From Selaginella moellendorffii (Eukaryota > Plantae > Lycopodiophyta), in the NCBI RefSeq assembly GCF_000143415.4, contig NW_003314261.1:1874117-1938116 (forward strand): a stretch of DNA of 64,000 nt. Reading direction: 5' to 3'. The notes beneath the pieces are model-generated. The model saw only the letters and a list, made by a program, of their open reading frames with translations. It was not told the origin of the DNA and did not search any database. Made by a program: the position numbers and the translations under genes. Each line of letters opens with the position of its first letter. Within the stretch, counting starts at the first letter, position 1. Shown one piece after another: positions 1 through 11,301 of this stretch.

Positions 1-2789
1 ATAATGATCTCAATGTATACAAGCTGCAAATGGAGCCTGCAGCACATCGAGCTTTGGTTGGCAGACATGGATCACTTCATTGTTATCAGTTGAAGACAAA
101 AAAAAAAGAAAAAAAGCTTTTAAGACAGAAACAAAAGCTTGATAATAAGACCAGATGCGAACTAGCTAGACTCTAGTTGAGAGCAAATTCTTCCATCTCA
201 TGACTAGAAAAGACTTGAAGGTAAGTTTTGAAGATACATTGTTGTTTTAGGCATTGTCAGGAGAAAGTTCTTGTATGATGCGCTCTTGACATCCTAAATT
301 TGGATGAAACAAACAGCTACTTGAGAGCACCTCTTAAGTCATGCCTCCATCTAAAGACCGTACCATTGTATTATAAGGCCTGCTCGTTTCCCTCCTACTG
401 GCAATGAGGATGAAAAAGCTAAAAAGAAAACAAAGAGCTTTGAAGCATAAGATGAGATCTCCTAGAGGGACTACCATGCACTCCATAGTATCATATGGCA
501 CAGAGTGTTGATGTCTTCACATCCACCTATGCGTCTTCCTCAAATCCAAACCGAATATTGACCTCTTAAGAGTATTACAAACTAAATGTGGTGTAAAAGA
601 TACATATACATTTTACTAAGCACTATCATAGGAAAATCTGGCTTTAAATTTATTGCATATATTATTTCTTTCACTTAATTGTTTGATAATAAAGTTGACT
701 ATTTTATCCTTATTTATCCCCTATTGTTCCAAAGATCTGAAAGCGATCATACATTTTTTGTGAGATCCATAATTAAAAGGGGGATGAAAAATTTAAGCTT
801 AGAAACTAAAGAGTAACATTTAAAATTCTAAGATTTGTTAAGACTTACTGTTCTAACTCACCAAAAAATCCCACCTATTGCACTATTCATAACAATGAGC
901 TAAAACTTAAAGATGACTATAAATCTATATACTATCAATTAAAGTTGCCACCATCATGCCACTTTCATGAGGAGACCATTTAATGGAAGTTAAAGTGGTG
1001 GAATAGTTTACTCTCCTTATGTGACGATCTTACAAAACTTAAGATATGAGGAATAAATATTGAAGTATAAAAGCACACCTAAAAACAAAAGAGCTTTTCT
1101 TATATTTTCAGTTAGCTCAACTTCAAATTTTTCTCAAACTACCTCCTATATATAAGCTAGAATGTGCATAGTTTTGTATTTCATTTATGCTTTTAGTTTA
1201 AATCTAGCTTTTGTATTTCTATTATTTTTGTTGCTTTTTTTATTTCTTCTATTTTGTTTTTCTTATTTTTTTTCATTTTTATAGCAGAAGAGTAGCCCCC
1301 TTTGACTTAGGAGTAATAATTGGTGTGCTATATAGTATTAAACTTAATTGATAATGGCATTTATGGTATTTGGTGCAATTCTTTCTACTTTTATTGCCAA
1401 TCCTTGTGTCAAACTAGAGTTCTTTTATGGGAATCCATATATTAAACCATGTTGTATGAAAATGACTTGAAATACACTCTATAAAGGTTTAAATATAAAG
1501 GAAAAGGCCTATAAACAAGAGTGCACTTCGTTTTCCAATTGGTTAAGGGTTTTGGGATACTTAAGGTTAAGTGTCCTTAGGTTTGAATAATACTGAGCTA
1601 GATGATCTCTCGAGAAATTTAAATTTCAAAGGGGTAGGGTGTCAAAAAAGCAAAGCTTTGGGAGAGTTGTGGCTCTTAGTTTTTGTTTATGAGGGCGTGA
1701 ACTTGTAGGGAAGCATTGTGAATTGTAAATAATTAAAAGAAATTATTTAAAAGATGATCTATAAAGGTTTAAATATAGAAGGAAAGAACTTATGAATAAG
1801 AGTGCACCCTCTTTTCTAACTGGTTAAAAGTCTTGGGATACTTAGGGTTAAGCATTTTTGGGTTTGAATAATACTAAGCTATGTGACCACTCGAAAAGTT
1901 TAAATTCAAAAGCTTACATAGATAAATGCTTAATCAATTTCTATATCTTGTTTTATTTAAATTAAAAGATTGTGACAAATAGGAGGAATCTTTATAAGCT
2001 AAGCTTGCCAAGTCCACCAAGTTGCAAGGAAGTCTTTTTAAGATTTATATCACATCTAAGATATAAAAATATAGTTGGGGTATATAGTTGAGTTTTGGAA
2101 ATGGTAATCCTTGTGAAGAGAAAGAAATTTTGGGAGAATGAGAATGAAAAAAGCAAAGATATATTCAAATTTAACTCTTAGGAGAGCAAAAGAAAAGGAT
2201 CACTATCACTAGGTTATCTAGTGATTCTATGAGGTGACAAGTATGCTAAACTCAAAACATGAGCAATAGGATAGAAGGCATATTAGATATGGCATTGATA
2301 GCTACACAATCCTTCCACCCTTTACCCTACTAATTCTATCAAAATTTAGATAGCATTAGATTTTGTATATTGAATTCTATATACTTGGCAATGAGTTAGC
2401 TCAAAAAGATTGGAGGATACTAATGGGCTCAAATGGGAATAATAAATCTATTTGGACCAAAAGTTTCAATTTGAAAAGTCAAAAGTGGGAGGAAACACTT
2501 GAGAAATGAGTATAAAGTGATAAACAAATGAGTCCCAAGCAAAAGACGAAAGAATAACTAACAGATAGTAAACATTGTGATATATAGAATTGTTTTAACA
2601 AAAATTATAAAACCCAAAAACTTGAAGTGGAGCAATAGAAAAACCATCTTGTCCCACAAAGAAATCAAGTCTCTAAGGTTATGCATGATATATTTGGAGC
2701 CAAACATACTTAGAACTTGATTAATATATTGAGTAAGGCTTTTTTTTGTGTATACTTGCATTCTTGCTACCTGTAAAATAGTGATAAAC

Positions 2790-3176
2790 TGTCAAGACCC
2801 CCAACAAGATCAAGACTAGAAAATGCAAAAGACAAAGAGAAAAGCTAGTGGAAACAAAGAAAAAGCCTTAGACTGGTGTTGATTCAGATTGTGGAGAAAT
2901 GGAACAAGGCTAATCTATATATACTATAGGTTGATGAAGCTCCACCACTCTTAGATCGAGGACGGCCTAATTATAGCTGAGGTCGAGGAGGCGCCACATC
3001 ATCATCAGGAATCTGGCTCGAGACTCAAGAATCGTACAGGAAATTAGAGAGTCAGGAATAGGGAAGTATCTCGAGAGTCAGGAATAGGGAAGTGTTTCGA
3101 GAGTCAGGAATGTGGTCTGCAGGTCAGGAATCCGGTGAGAGTCAGGAATGTGGCAAGAATTGGGGGATTCCTGACA
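2790..3176 (-). repeat. 3' LTR of chromovirus copy A (387 bp)
   Basis: TGTCAAG...CCTGACA, adjacent to the PPT, with 2 copies of the 26-bp GAGAGTCAGGAATAGGGAAGTGTCTC repeat; homologous to 7980-8343, 11302-11714 and 60409-60821. Confidence 0.95.
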
Positions 3177-3187
3177 ACACCCCCTCC

Positions 3188-6100
3188 TCAAGAACGAGAG
3201 GAACGAGGACGTGAATGTGAACGAAGAGGAGGATGAGATGAGCGGCAAGGGATGGGAGATGGAGAAAAAGAATGGGGATTGGGACGAGAAGGATAGTGGC
3301 GGTGGAAGTCCTGAACAAGGTCAAGAGAATGAATCAGGTTGTCCGCAGGTTCCCAAGTGCGGTCCTCAGGTCCATAACCCTTCCAATCGACCAGATAGTA
3401 GAGTTTAGACCGTGAAATCTTGGAATCAAGGATGTCTTGAACCTCGTACTCAGACCCATCCTCGAGCTGCACTAGTGGAGGCGGAGGAATGACCCGATTT
3501 GGAATAGGACTAGGAATATAAGGCTCAAGGAGAGAGGAGTGAAAAACGGGATGAATTTGATATGAGGAAGGAAGTGCAAGGTGATAAGTGACAGGATTAA
3601 TGATGGCAGTGATAAGGAATGGACCAAGGCATTTGAAATTGAGTTTTGGACAGGGCCTGGTGGTGGAGATATTTCTCTTGAGGAGCCAGACTTTATCCCC
3701 GATATTGTAAGGGGGACAATCCTGACGATGGATATTGGCAAATGTTTTGTGAGATTCCTGAGCACGATGGAGATGGAAGGAGATGGAGTTGTGGATTTCC
3801 TGGAGGTTGGAGACAAATGCCTCAGAGCGGGGATTTGAATGAGAGGATTCGGAGGGAGAAGGAAGTGAGAGATTGAATCGGGGATTTCGGCTAGAGTTCA
3901 CAAAGAAGGGGGAAATTCGAAGAGAGGAATGAACAGAGTTGTTATAGGAGAACTCAGCAAGGGGAAGGATATCAAACCAGTTATTCAGTTGATGAAGCAC
4001 ATCAAGAATTGTTCTAATGTCTGAATCGTTTGCTTGGACTGTCATCAGTTTGAGGATGATACACTGAAGAGAGGTTGGCCTTCACTCCAAGCAACTGCAA
4101 AAACTGTTGCCAGAAATGAGAGATAAACTGAGGTCCCCGATCCGAAACCACATCTGTAGGAATCCCATGAAGTTGAAAAATTTCCCTGAATACCAGTTTT
4201 GCCATGTCCTCCTTGGTACACGGCAGGAAGTGAGCCATCTTTGTGAAGCGATCCACCACGACTAAAATGTTGTTAAAGCCTCCAGAACTTGGAAGATCAC
4301 TCAAGAAATCCATGGAGATGGATTCCCAAGGACCTGAAGGGACCGGGAGGGAACGAAGCAAACTTGAAGGAAGGTGGTGAGGTACCTTATTCCGGGCGCA
4401 AGTGTCACAGGAGGTAACAAAAGTTTTGATGTAGTCGTCCATGTAAGGCCACTAAAAGTCCTGTGCAAAGCTCGTAGGTTTTCGCAATGCCGAAGTGACC
4501 AGTAATTGGGCTATCGTGGCATGCCATCAGGACCAACCTTCGAGCATCACCTTCAGAAATGTAAAGCTGCTCCCCATGGTACAATAAGCCATCTAAGAAC
4601 TCAAACTCGTTAAATCGCCGGCAGTTGGGAGTCGCTGGGTGTCCAGCCTGAAGATGGGGGAAAATGTCACTCACAAGATCATCAGATTGAAGATCATGTC
4701 TGATTGCATCCATCAAGGAGGAGTCTTGAGGGGCCAGGAAAATTGCCATAACTTGAAGCCGATCAGGACTGAGGATAACTTGATCCTGTTGATCGAAGGC
4801 AGGATTACCAGGCCTGAGACTGAGATAGGAGCGCCTTGAAAGAGCATTAGGAAGGCCTTGAAGCTTTCCAGGTCTGTACTTGATAACAAAGTCAAACTAA
4901 CTTAGGAATTGTGCCCACCTTGCTTGACGACGGCTCAAAACTCAGGAAGTGGCAAAGTACTTGAGATTTTTGTGATCCGTCCAAACTGTTGTTTGATGGC
5001 CCGCCCCCTCCAAGAAATGGTGCCACTCTCCAAAGGAAATCCATGATGGCAAGGAGCTCCTTGTTGTGGATTTTGTAATTGATCTCCGCAGGCTGGAATT
5101 TTTGAGAATGGAAAGCGACCGGATGAAGTTCTTGATCTGCTCTGAGTTGAGACAGCACAACACCGATGGCAAAGTTGGAGGCGTCAGCCTCGATGAAGAA
5201 AGGTTGTGAGGGATCAGCGTGGATCAAGACGGGAGTAGAACTGAAGGCCGCCTTGAGTGTGTCGAAGGCCTGCTGGGCAGCAGCAGACCAAGAGAAGGGA
5301 ACATCCTTTCGAGTGAGATGCGTGAGAGGAAGGACAATGTCAAAGTAGTGATCAATTAATTTGTGGTAGAAGTTGGTGAAGCCAAGGAAAACCTGAACGT
5401 CCGACATTGATTGTGGAGGCTCCCATTCAAGAATAGTCTTGACTTTTGCAGGATCCATTGTGATACCCTCAGGAGTGACAATGTACCCAAGGAACTCCAC
5501 AGACTGCTGATCGAAGGAATATTTCTTAAGCTTCGCGTATAGGCCATGTTCTCGCAGCTTTGCCAACACCTTGCATACATGTTTGTCGTGCTCCTCCTGA
5601 GTTTTTGAGTAGATGAGGATGTCATCGAGGTAGACGATCACCATCTGATCAAGAAACTCTTGAAAGACATCGTTCGCCATGTGTTGGAAAACTGCTGGAG
5701 CATTTGTCAAGCCAAATGGCTTGACAGTGTACTCGAAGTGGCCATAGCGGGTTCGGAACACAGTCTTCCATTCATCACCAAGCCGGATCCAGATCAGGTT
5801 GTATGCTCTACAGAGGTTGATCTTGGTGAAGAAGTAGGCACCGCCGAGGCATTCCAACAGGTCCGAGATTAGGGGCAGTGGATAACGGTTCCGAACAGTC
5901 ACCTTGTTCAAACCTCGGTAGTCGATGACTAGCCGCAAACTCCCATCCTTCTTCTTGACAAAGAAGACAGGTGCTCCAGCCGGGGATTGTGAATGCTGAA
6001 TGTACCCCGAGGCAAGGTTCTCATGCACGTACTTTTTGAGGGCCTGAAGCTCGGACGGGGATAACCCGTAGATAGGCCCCCACGGAGGTGACGCTCCTTC

Positions 6101-7006
6101 TTGTAAATGAATGGGACAGTCATAAGGCCGATGAACAGGCAAGACACTAGCTTTTTTCTTGTCAAACACATCTCCAAAATCATGATACTTCTCAGGAAGA
6201 CTGACAAGAGAAACATGCAAAGCAAAAAGTAAAAGAGGTTCTTCATGAATGAGTTCTTTCATAGTGATTGTGGAGATAGGAGAAGGCATACGACTAAATG
6301 GAATGATGAGATGAGAATATTGTCCAGTGTAAGATGGAAGAGAGGAAAAAGAAGAGGGTGAAAACTTCGTAGAGTCAGGAACAGAACCCTGATTTGAGTT
6401 TAGGCAACTTTTCCTGATTCAAACTTGATGAACAGTAGGGGAAGCCGTGGGAGATGGTGATGTGGGAGAGAGGAGCTGTAATTCCTTCCAACTGATCTGA
6501 GGCTGATGTAGTTGGAACCAAGGAAGACCGAGCACCACAGAGGAGGACTTGCTATTGATGATGTTGAAGGCAATATCGGTGACGGTGGACCCGATGTGTA
6601 CTCAAACGGGCAACGTTTCCCTAAGTCCAGAAGATGGAGACACAAAATGCCCGCCGATGCCTTCAACCCTCAAATCCCGTATGGTAGGAGAAAGAGGAAC
6701 ATGATGTCGGGCAGCAAAGTCCGTGTCCATGAAGCAGGAAGTTGCACCTGAGTCCAGTAGCACCAGAGCCTTGAGTCCTAATTGTCTGGTGAAAGAAAGG
6801 AGACATGGGACGCGGAAGTTGCGGGAATTGGTGTTGGCTTTGATGAAAGGTGGTGAGGAGCTTGATAAAGAAGAAAAGTGATTTTTATTCGGGAAGTCCA
6901 AATAGACAGCTCCTACTCTGTTTGGACAGGGTCGTTTCCCAACTGCAACAGAGGTGGACTTTGAGGCAGAGTGAACTCGAGCAATCGGGGAGGCTTCTTG
7001 GGACAT
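3188..7006 (-). pseudogene. pol: pol (aspartic protease, RT, RNase H, integrase, chromodomain) of copy A, frameshifted
   Basis: LDSGAT protease, YLDD RT, ADAS RNase H, HHCC/SMDF/SDRG integrase, GPF motif and EYEVQDILDS...YLVDWKGYGPEDRTWEP chromodomain, spread over ORFs 6602-7006, 4892-6289, 4405-4749, 4014-4442 and 3188-4045. Confidence 0.95.
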
Positions 7007-7884
7007 ACAGCTGCTTTGTGATTAGGATCAGCACAGTAGAGGCAAAGATTATGAGATATTCGATGTTGCTTCTCAACAGGACTCAACTTCCCTCTAATGA
7101 GTCGAGGAGTACCAGAAATATCCATCAGGACTGGAGCAGTAGGTTCAGGAGTATGCCCCGAAGACTCAAGCTGGGATTCCTGAGTCTGGGATGGAAAAAC
7201 AGCAGCGTGGTGACTTTCCTAACAACGTTCAAAGAGACGATTGTCACATTGAATAGCTTTGTTGATGGCGTCCGACAGGTCCTTGGGATCCTCCATGGTG
7301 AGCAACAAATCCTTGACACCGTTGTTGAGGCCAAAACAAAATTGGTCAATCAGGGCCCGCTCATCCCACTGAGTGTCCAAGGCAAGGAGTTTGAACTCTG
7401 TAGCGTAGATCGAGGCAGGAGAAGACCTCTGAGAAAGACGCCTCATTTTTGTGGTAGCAGCCCGAACCCGATCCGTCTCGCCAAAACATACTTCGAGCTT
7501 CTCTTTGAACAATTGAAGATCCATAAGCTCCGGAACCACGACCCCTTTCATGCTCTTTTCCAAAAGAGGAGAAAACCATGATAAAGTTGCACCTTCGAGC
7601 AACATTCTAATCGCGCCAATTTGAGACTCGGGAGTGGGGTGCCGCTGATGTTGAAGTGCAAAGATTAGCTCCATTTGGTTCAGGAATCCGTGAAGCTCTG
7701 AATGCTTGCCTGAAATTTTCACCGGGAAACTCACCTTCGGTTTAGGAACTTTGTTGGATCCTTGAGCCGAAAGTGAAGCAAGCTCCTGCTACATGCGAAG
7801 AAGGGTTGCCTTCAGCTCGGTATTCTCAGACTGGATTTTTGTAAGGACTTTGGCAAAGAAATCAGGATGGCTTGGAGACTCCAT
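6913..7884 (-). pseudogene. gag: gag of copy A (about 323 codons, premature stops)
   Basis: Retrotransposon gag domain (FSGK..EL.GFL, L.QRSS...YA.EF) and CLYCADPNHKAAVC zinc knuckle; collinear with 60918-61889. Confidence 0.9.
6934..6940 (-). promoter_or_regulatory. -1 ribosomal frameshift slippery site G GGA AAC (gag-pol)
   Basis: The heptamer is in gag frame (Q-L-G-N) and pol (G-K-R-P-C) is in the -1 frame. It is followed by a GTCCAAA...TTTGGAC stem. The same site occurs at 61862-61868. Confidence 0.8.
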
Positions 7885-7962
7885 CGGCAAGAAGAAAGAA
7901 AAAGGGGAAAAAAGGCAAAGGTAGTCAAACAATCAAAATGAGCTAAAGTAAAAAACAAAAAA

Positions 7963-7977
7963 CACAATCTGAATCAA
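7963..7977 (-). promoter_or_regulatory. Primer-binding site complementary to the element's own LTR (self-priming type)
   Basis: TTGATTCAGATTGTG begins 2 nt after the 5' LTR and is the exact reverse complement of LTR 8070-8084; there is no TGG tRNA-CCA complement. Confidence 0.85.
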
Positions 7978-7979
7978 AC

Positions 7980-8343
7980 TGTCAAGACCTTCAACAAGAT
8001 CAAGACTAGAAAATGCAAAAAGACAAAGAGAAAAGCTAGTGGAAACAAAAAAGAGGCCTTAGATTGGCGTTGATTCAGATTGTGGAGAAATGGAACAAGA
8101 CTAACCTATATATACTATAGGTTGATGAAGCTCCACCACTCTTGGATCAAGGACGGCCTAAATATAGTTGAGGAGGCGAGGAGGTGCCACATCATCATCA
8201 GGAATGTGGCTCGAGACTCAGGAATCGTACAGGAAATCAAAGAGTCAGGAATAGGGAAGTGTCTTGAGAGTTAGGAATGTGATCTGCAGATCAGAAATCC
8301 GGTGAGAGTTAGGAATGTGGCAAGAATTGAGGGATTCTTGACA
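7980..8343 (-). repeat. 5' LTR of chromovirus copy A (364 bp)
   Basis: Direct repeat of 2790-3176 with one fewer 26-bp unit; followed on the - strand by the PBS. Confidence 0.95.
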
Positions 8344-8348
8344 CAAAC

Positions 8349-8748
8349 AAACATAAATGAAAATGTAAAAGAAGAGAAGAAGAGAAGAAGAATGAAAAGA
8401 GAATAGAAGAAAATTTAGCCTTGAACCCCAAAGGTGTGAGTAAAGATAAACATATGTTACTCTCTTAACTCTAGTTTGCACAAACAGTTATAAGTGGGAG
8501 AAAAAATAGTTAATTTAATGCAAATGTATACAATAGTGAGTGGGGGTTATTTTTCAACACATCTAAGTGTTACTTATATATTACATAATGGTTTTAAATT
8601 GCTTCATGCTTGTCTATGATGAACGTTGCCTAGGTCAAATCTTTCTTTTTTCAATGCTTAAACTTAAATATAACTCTATTTTGCCTAAACTTATTTCTTT
8701 TGCTTTGCCTAGGAAGATATACAAGATAAAGCATTTACTATTTCATCA
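8349..8748 (-). repeat. LTR of an older host Gypsy element (continues at 2730-2789), interrupted by chromovirus copy A
   Basis: Reverse complement aligns to 37434-37904; joining 2730-2789 to 8349-8748 restores that sequence with one CAAAC. Confidence 0.8.
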
Positions 8749-8799
8749 CTCCTTTACAAAAAAAGCTATTGCTTGTCCTCAAGCAGTTGGATTCTCCAA

Positions 8800-11301
8800 A
8801 TCCTGCTCTAAGTTGCTAAGCTTTGTCTTCATAGTGACAAACTCAACACTTCGGCGTAGATCGTTGAGTTCTTGACATATAATCTGATTTTCTTGGTTGT
8901 GTAGTGCAATGCATTTGTCTTGGCAGCTGATGCGCTCTACATCAGTAGACGTGAAAATAGGGATTGCGCTCTTGATTTCTTGGATTATATGGCATTGATG
9001 ATTCTATTCGCCTATAACTCTATCCACTTTCTTGGTGATTGTCTTGAGGTAGCTTAAGATCTATATATGGTATTTTGTTGTTTCTTTGTCTTCCACTGGA
9101 TGCATCGGCTTGTCAATTGGCTGCTTGCCTCCTCCCTTGATGTGTTGAGTGAGCTCCTCCATAAAGCTTTGGACTGCTAACTTACTAAACTAACTCACAA
9201 ATTGTGTGCGAAGGTGCAATTAGCCTTGACCTTGTAATGTTGCTGTGGCATTTGCTCTTGTTGTGGTTACTTCATCTCACTAGACTTGTTGGCTGAGGGT
9301 GTGTTGCTGTCGAATGCCTAGGTGGATTGAAGAAAACTTAGCCTATACTCCACCTTTTACTTAAACCCTTTTTTGTAGCTTTGTCCTCTTTGTCCCATTG
9401 AATTTCTTGGCTGTGATCTTCTTGGCCTAAACTCACTTCATTGGCTACATCTATAGCCAATGGTTTTGCAACATTTGTAGGTGCATCGTGTGTCAAACTT
9501 TGTGGCCTATGTTTTGGAATTTCTTCCACAACTTTGGCATTTATTGTTTGCCTAGTGTTGTCCATTTGTATACTCATCACTTCTTTGATGCTCGGAGAGA
9601 TTTGTATTGGCATCAGAGTTGTCTCTATAGATATAGACAATTTATAACTCTATTCCTGATCTGGGCATGGTATTTTATTACTATATTTGTTGCATCCAGC
9701 TTTTCTATGGCATACTTAGCCACTAGATTTCTGTAGAATAAACCTTGGAGGTCTTGCAACTTGGATTTTTAGATTTAGTGGAATTTTTTTTTGAAGGGAG
9801 GATTTTCCTTGCTTGAATCTGTATTATTGGGATTCTCCTCCACATTCCTTGCTATCTCCCTTAGAGAAGATACTGGAGGTGGTGGCTCAATGGAAATATG
9901 AGGTGTAGGATTCTCTTGAGCAATGTAATGTTCGTAGATGTGCTATAAAAAGATGAAGACTCCCATTTTCACTTGTTTTCCCTTGTCTATTTATAAGGCA
10001 ACATTTTTCATTTCGGCTACAAATCCATTATAGGCGAAATAAGCTATATTTACCTGTTGTTTAGTCTTGATAGCTCTCAATAAGTAGGCTATCTTGATAT
10101 TAGCATTTTATGTAACTGTCCTCTCGTTGATGATGGCACACAACACCTTAAGCCTAGTATGATAGTTGGGCTTCAAATAGATGAAGTTTCTTCCTTGTCC
10201 AGATGTATAGTTTAGGAGGATGTATTGATCTTGTATATGATCTTTTTTGTTTATCGTGATTATTTTACCCTCATTATCTAGGCAAAAAATCTGAGTAAAC
10301 TGGGTGAGTTCAAAGGGATGGACTCAACTGCGAAAAAAAAACATGCTCCTTGGGTACCACTTTTGCATGAGCTCGATCCCTTGCTCAATCAATATTTTTC
10401 CTTCAAGTAGCTCCACACAGGCAAATAATCCAAAAGTATTAAGCTAAAATTTGTCATAGGGAGAAAGCACAAGCCCCCTAGACAACTTTACTTGGCCATA
10501 ATTAAGTTCCTCATCAGTAGATGAGATTTCCTCCACATGGTCATTTTGCCTAGGCAGTTTTGTTATCGATCCAATAGGTGGCGGCAATGGCATTTGCTCT
10601 TGAGTGTCTCTAGGCAGTGTTCAAGCTGCCGTACATTGCTCCAAAGCTAAGCTTGGAGTGTCAGTGCATCTTGGCGAAGGCATAGGTGTGAAAGGGAAAG
10701 AACAAGAGAGAAAAAGAAGCTCCTTAGCTACCTCCAAATTACCTAAGTCACTCTGCCTTACTGCGTTACCCCTAAGCTCTGTCCTCTTGCATTTGTTTGT
10801 TTTTATGTGCAAACGTATTGTGGAATTTTTTTTTCCTTGTTGGCCTAATAATCTCTACTCATTAATCCTTGTAATTTGTTGGTAAAGTTTATAGAATGGG
10901 GCAAGAAAAATGTAAGCATTACTCTTAGAGTATCTGCCCCTTTTTTTCTTTTCCTCTAAGTCTTCTATTGTATATCAGTAAGATAGCTTCCAACAGGTGG
11001 GCTATTTTGATACTAACATTTTGTGCAACCATCCTCCCATCAATGATGGCACACAACACCTTAACAACATATGATCCTTTTTGCTCATCGTGATTATTTT
11101 GCCCTTGTTGTCTAGGTGAAAACTCTAAGCAAACTAGGTGAGTCCAAAGGGATAGACTTGCCTGCGGACAAGAAAAACATGCTCCTTTGGGTACCACTTC
11201 TACATAAGCTTGATCCCTTGCTCGATTGATATTTCTCCTTTGAGCAACTTTGGATACGCGAGGCATTAACCTAAAACTTGTCATAGGGAGAAAGCACAAA
11301 C
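8800..11301 (-). pseudogene. Decayed 3' region / extra ORF of the host Gypsy element, with an ~0.9-kb tandem duplication
   Basis: Stop-riddled coding-like sequence. 10050-10480 resembles 10940-11301, and 10480-10930 resembles the reverse complement of ~59750-60408. Confidence 0.5.

Larger units (their letters stand above)
2790..8343 (-). mobile_element. Full-length Ty3/Gypsy chromovirus (Tcn1/Tf1-sushi-like) LTR retrotransposon, copy A, decayed
   Basis: TG...CA LTRs at 2790-3176 and 7980-8343. PPT (GGAGGGGGTGT on -) at 3177-3187. Domain order gag-PR-RT-RH-IN-chromodomain. 5-bp TSD taaac/caaac; a single caaac is present in the uninterrupted host homolog near 37840-37850. Confidence 0.97.

Noticed and set aside
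1478-1910. Short diverged duplication (1478-1630 versus 1758-1910)
   Set aside because: Ordinary decayed repeat with no coding or terminal signature.
6913-6915. Stop-codon readthrough between gag and pol
   Set aside because: The frame after the gag TAG closes again before the protease; pol lies in the -1 frame behind GGGAAAC.
6850-7581. 243-aa antisense ORF to gag (also 61269-61952)
   Set aside because: A shadow ORF shared only because the copies are near-identical; no recognisable motifs.
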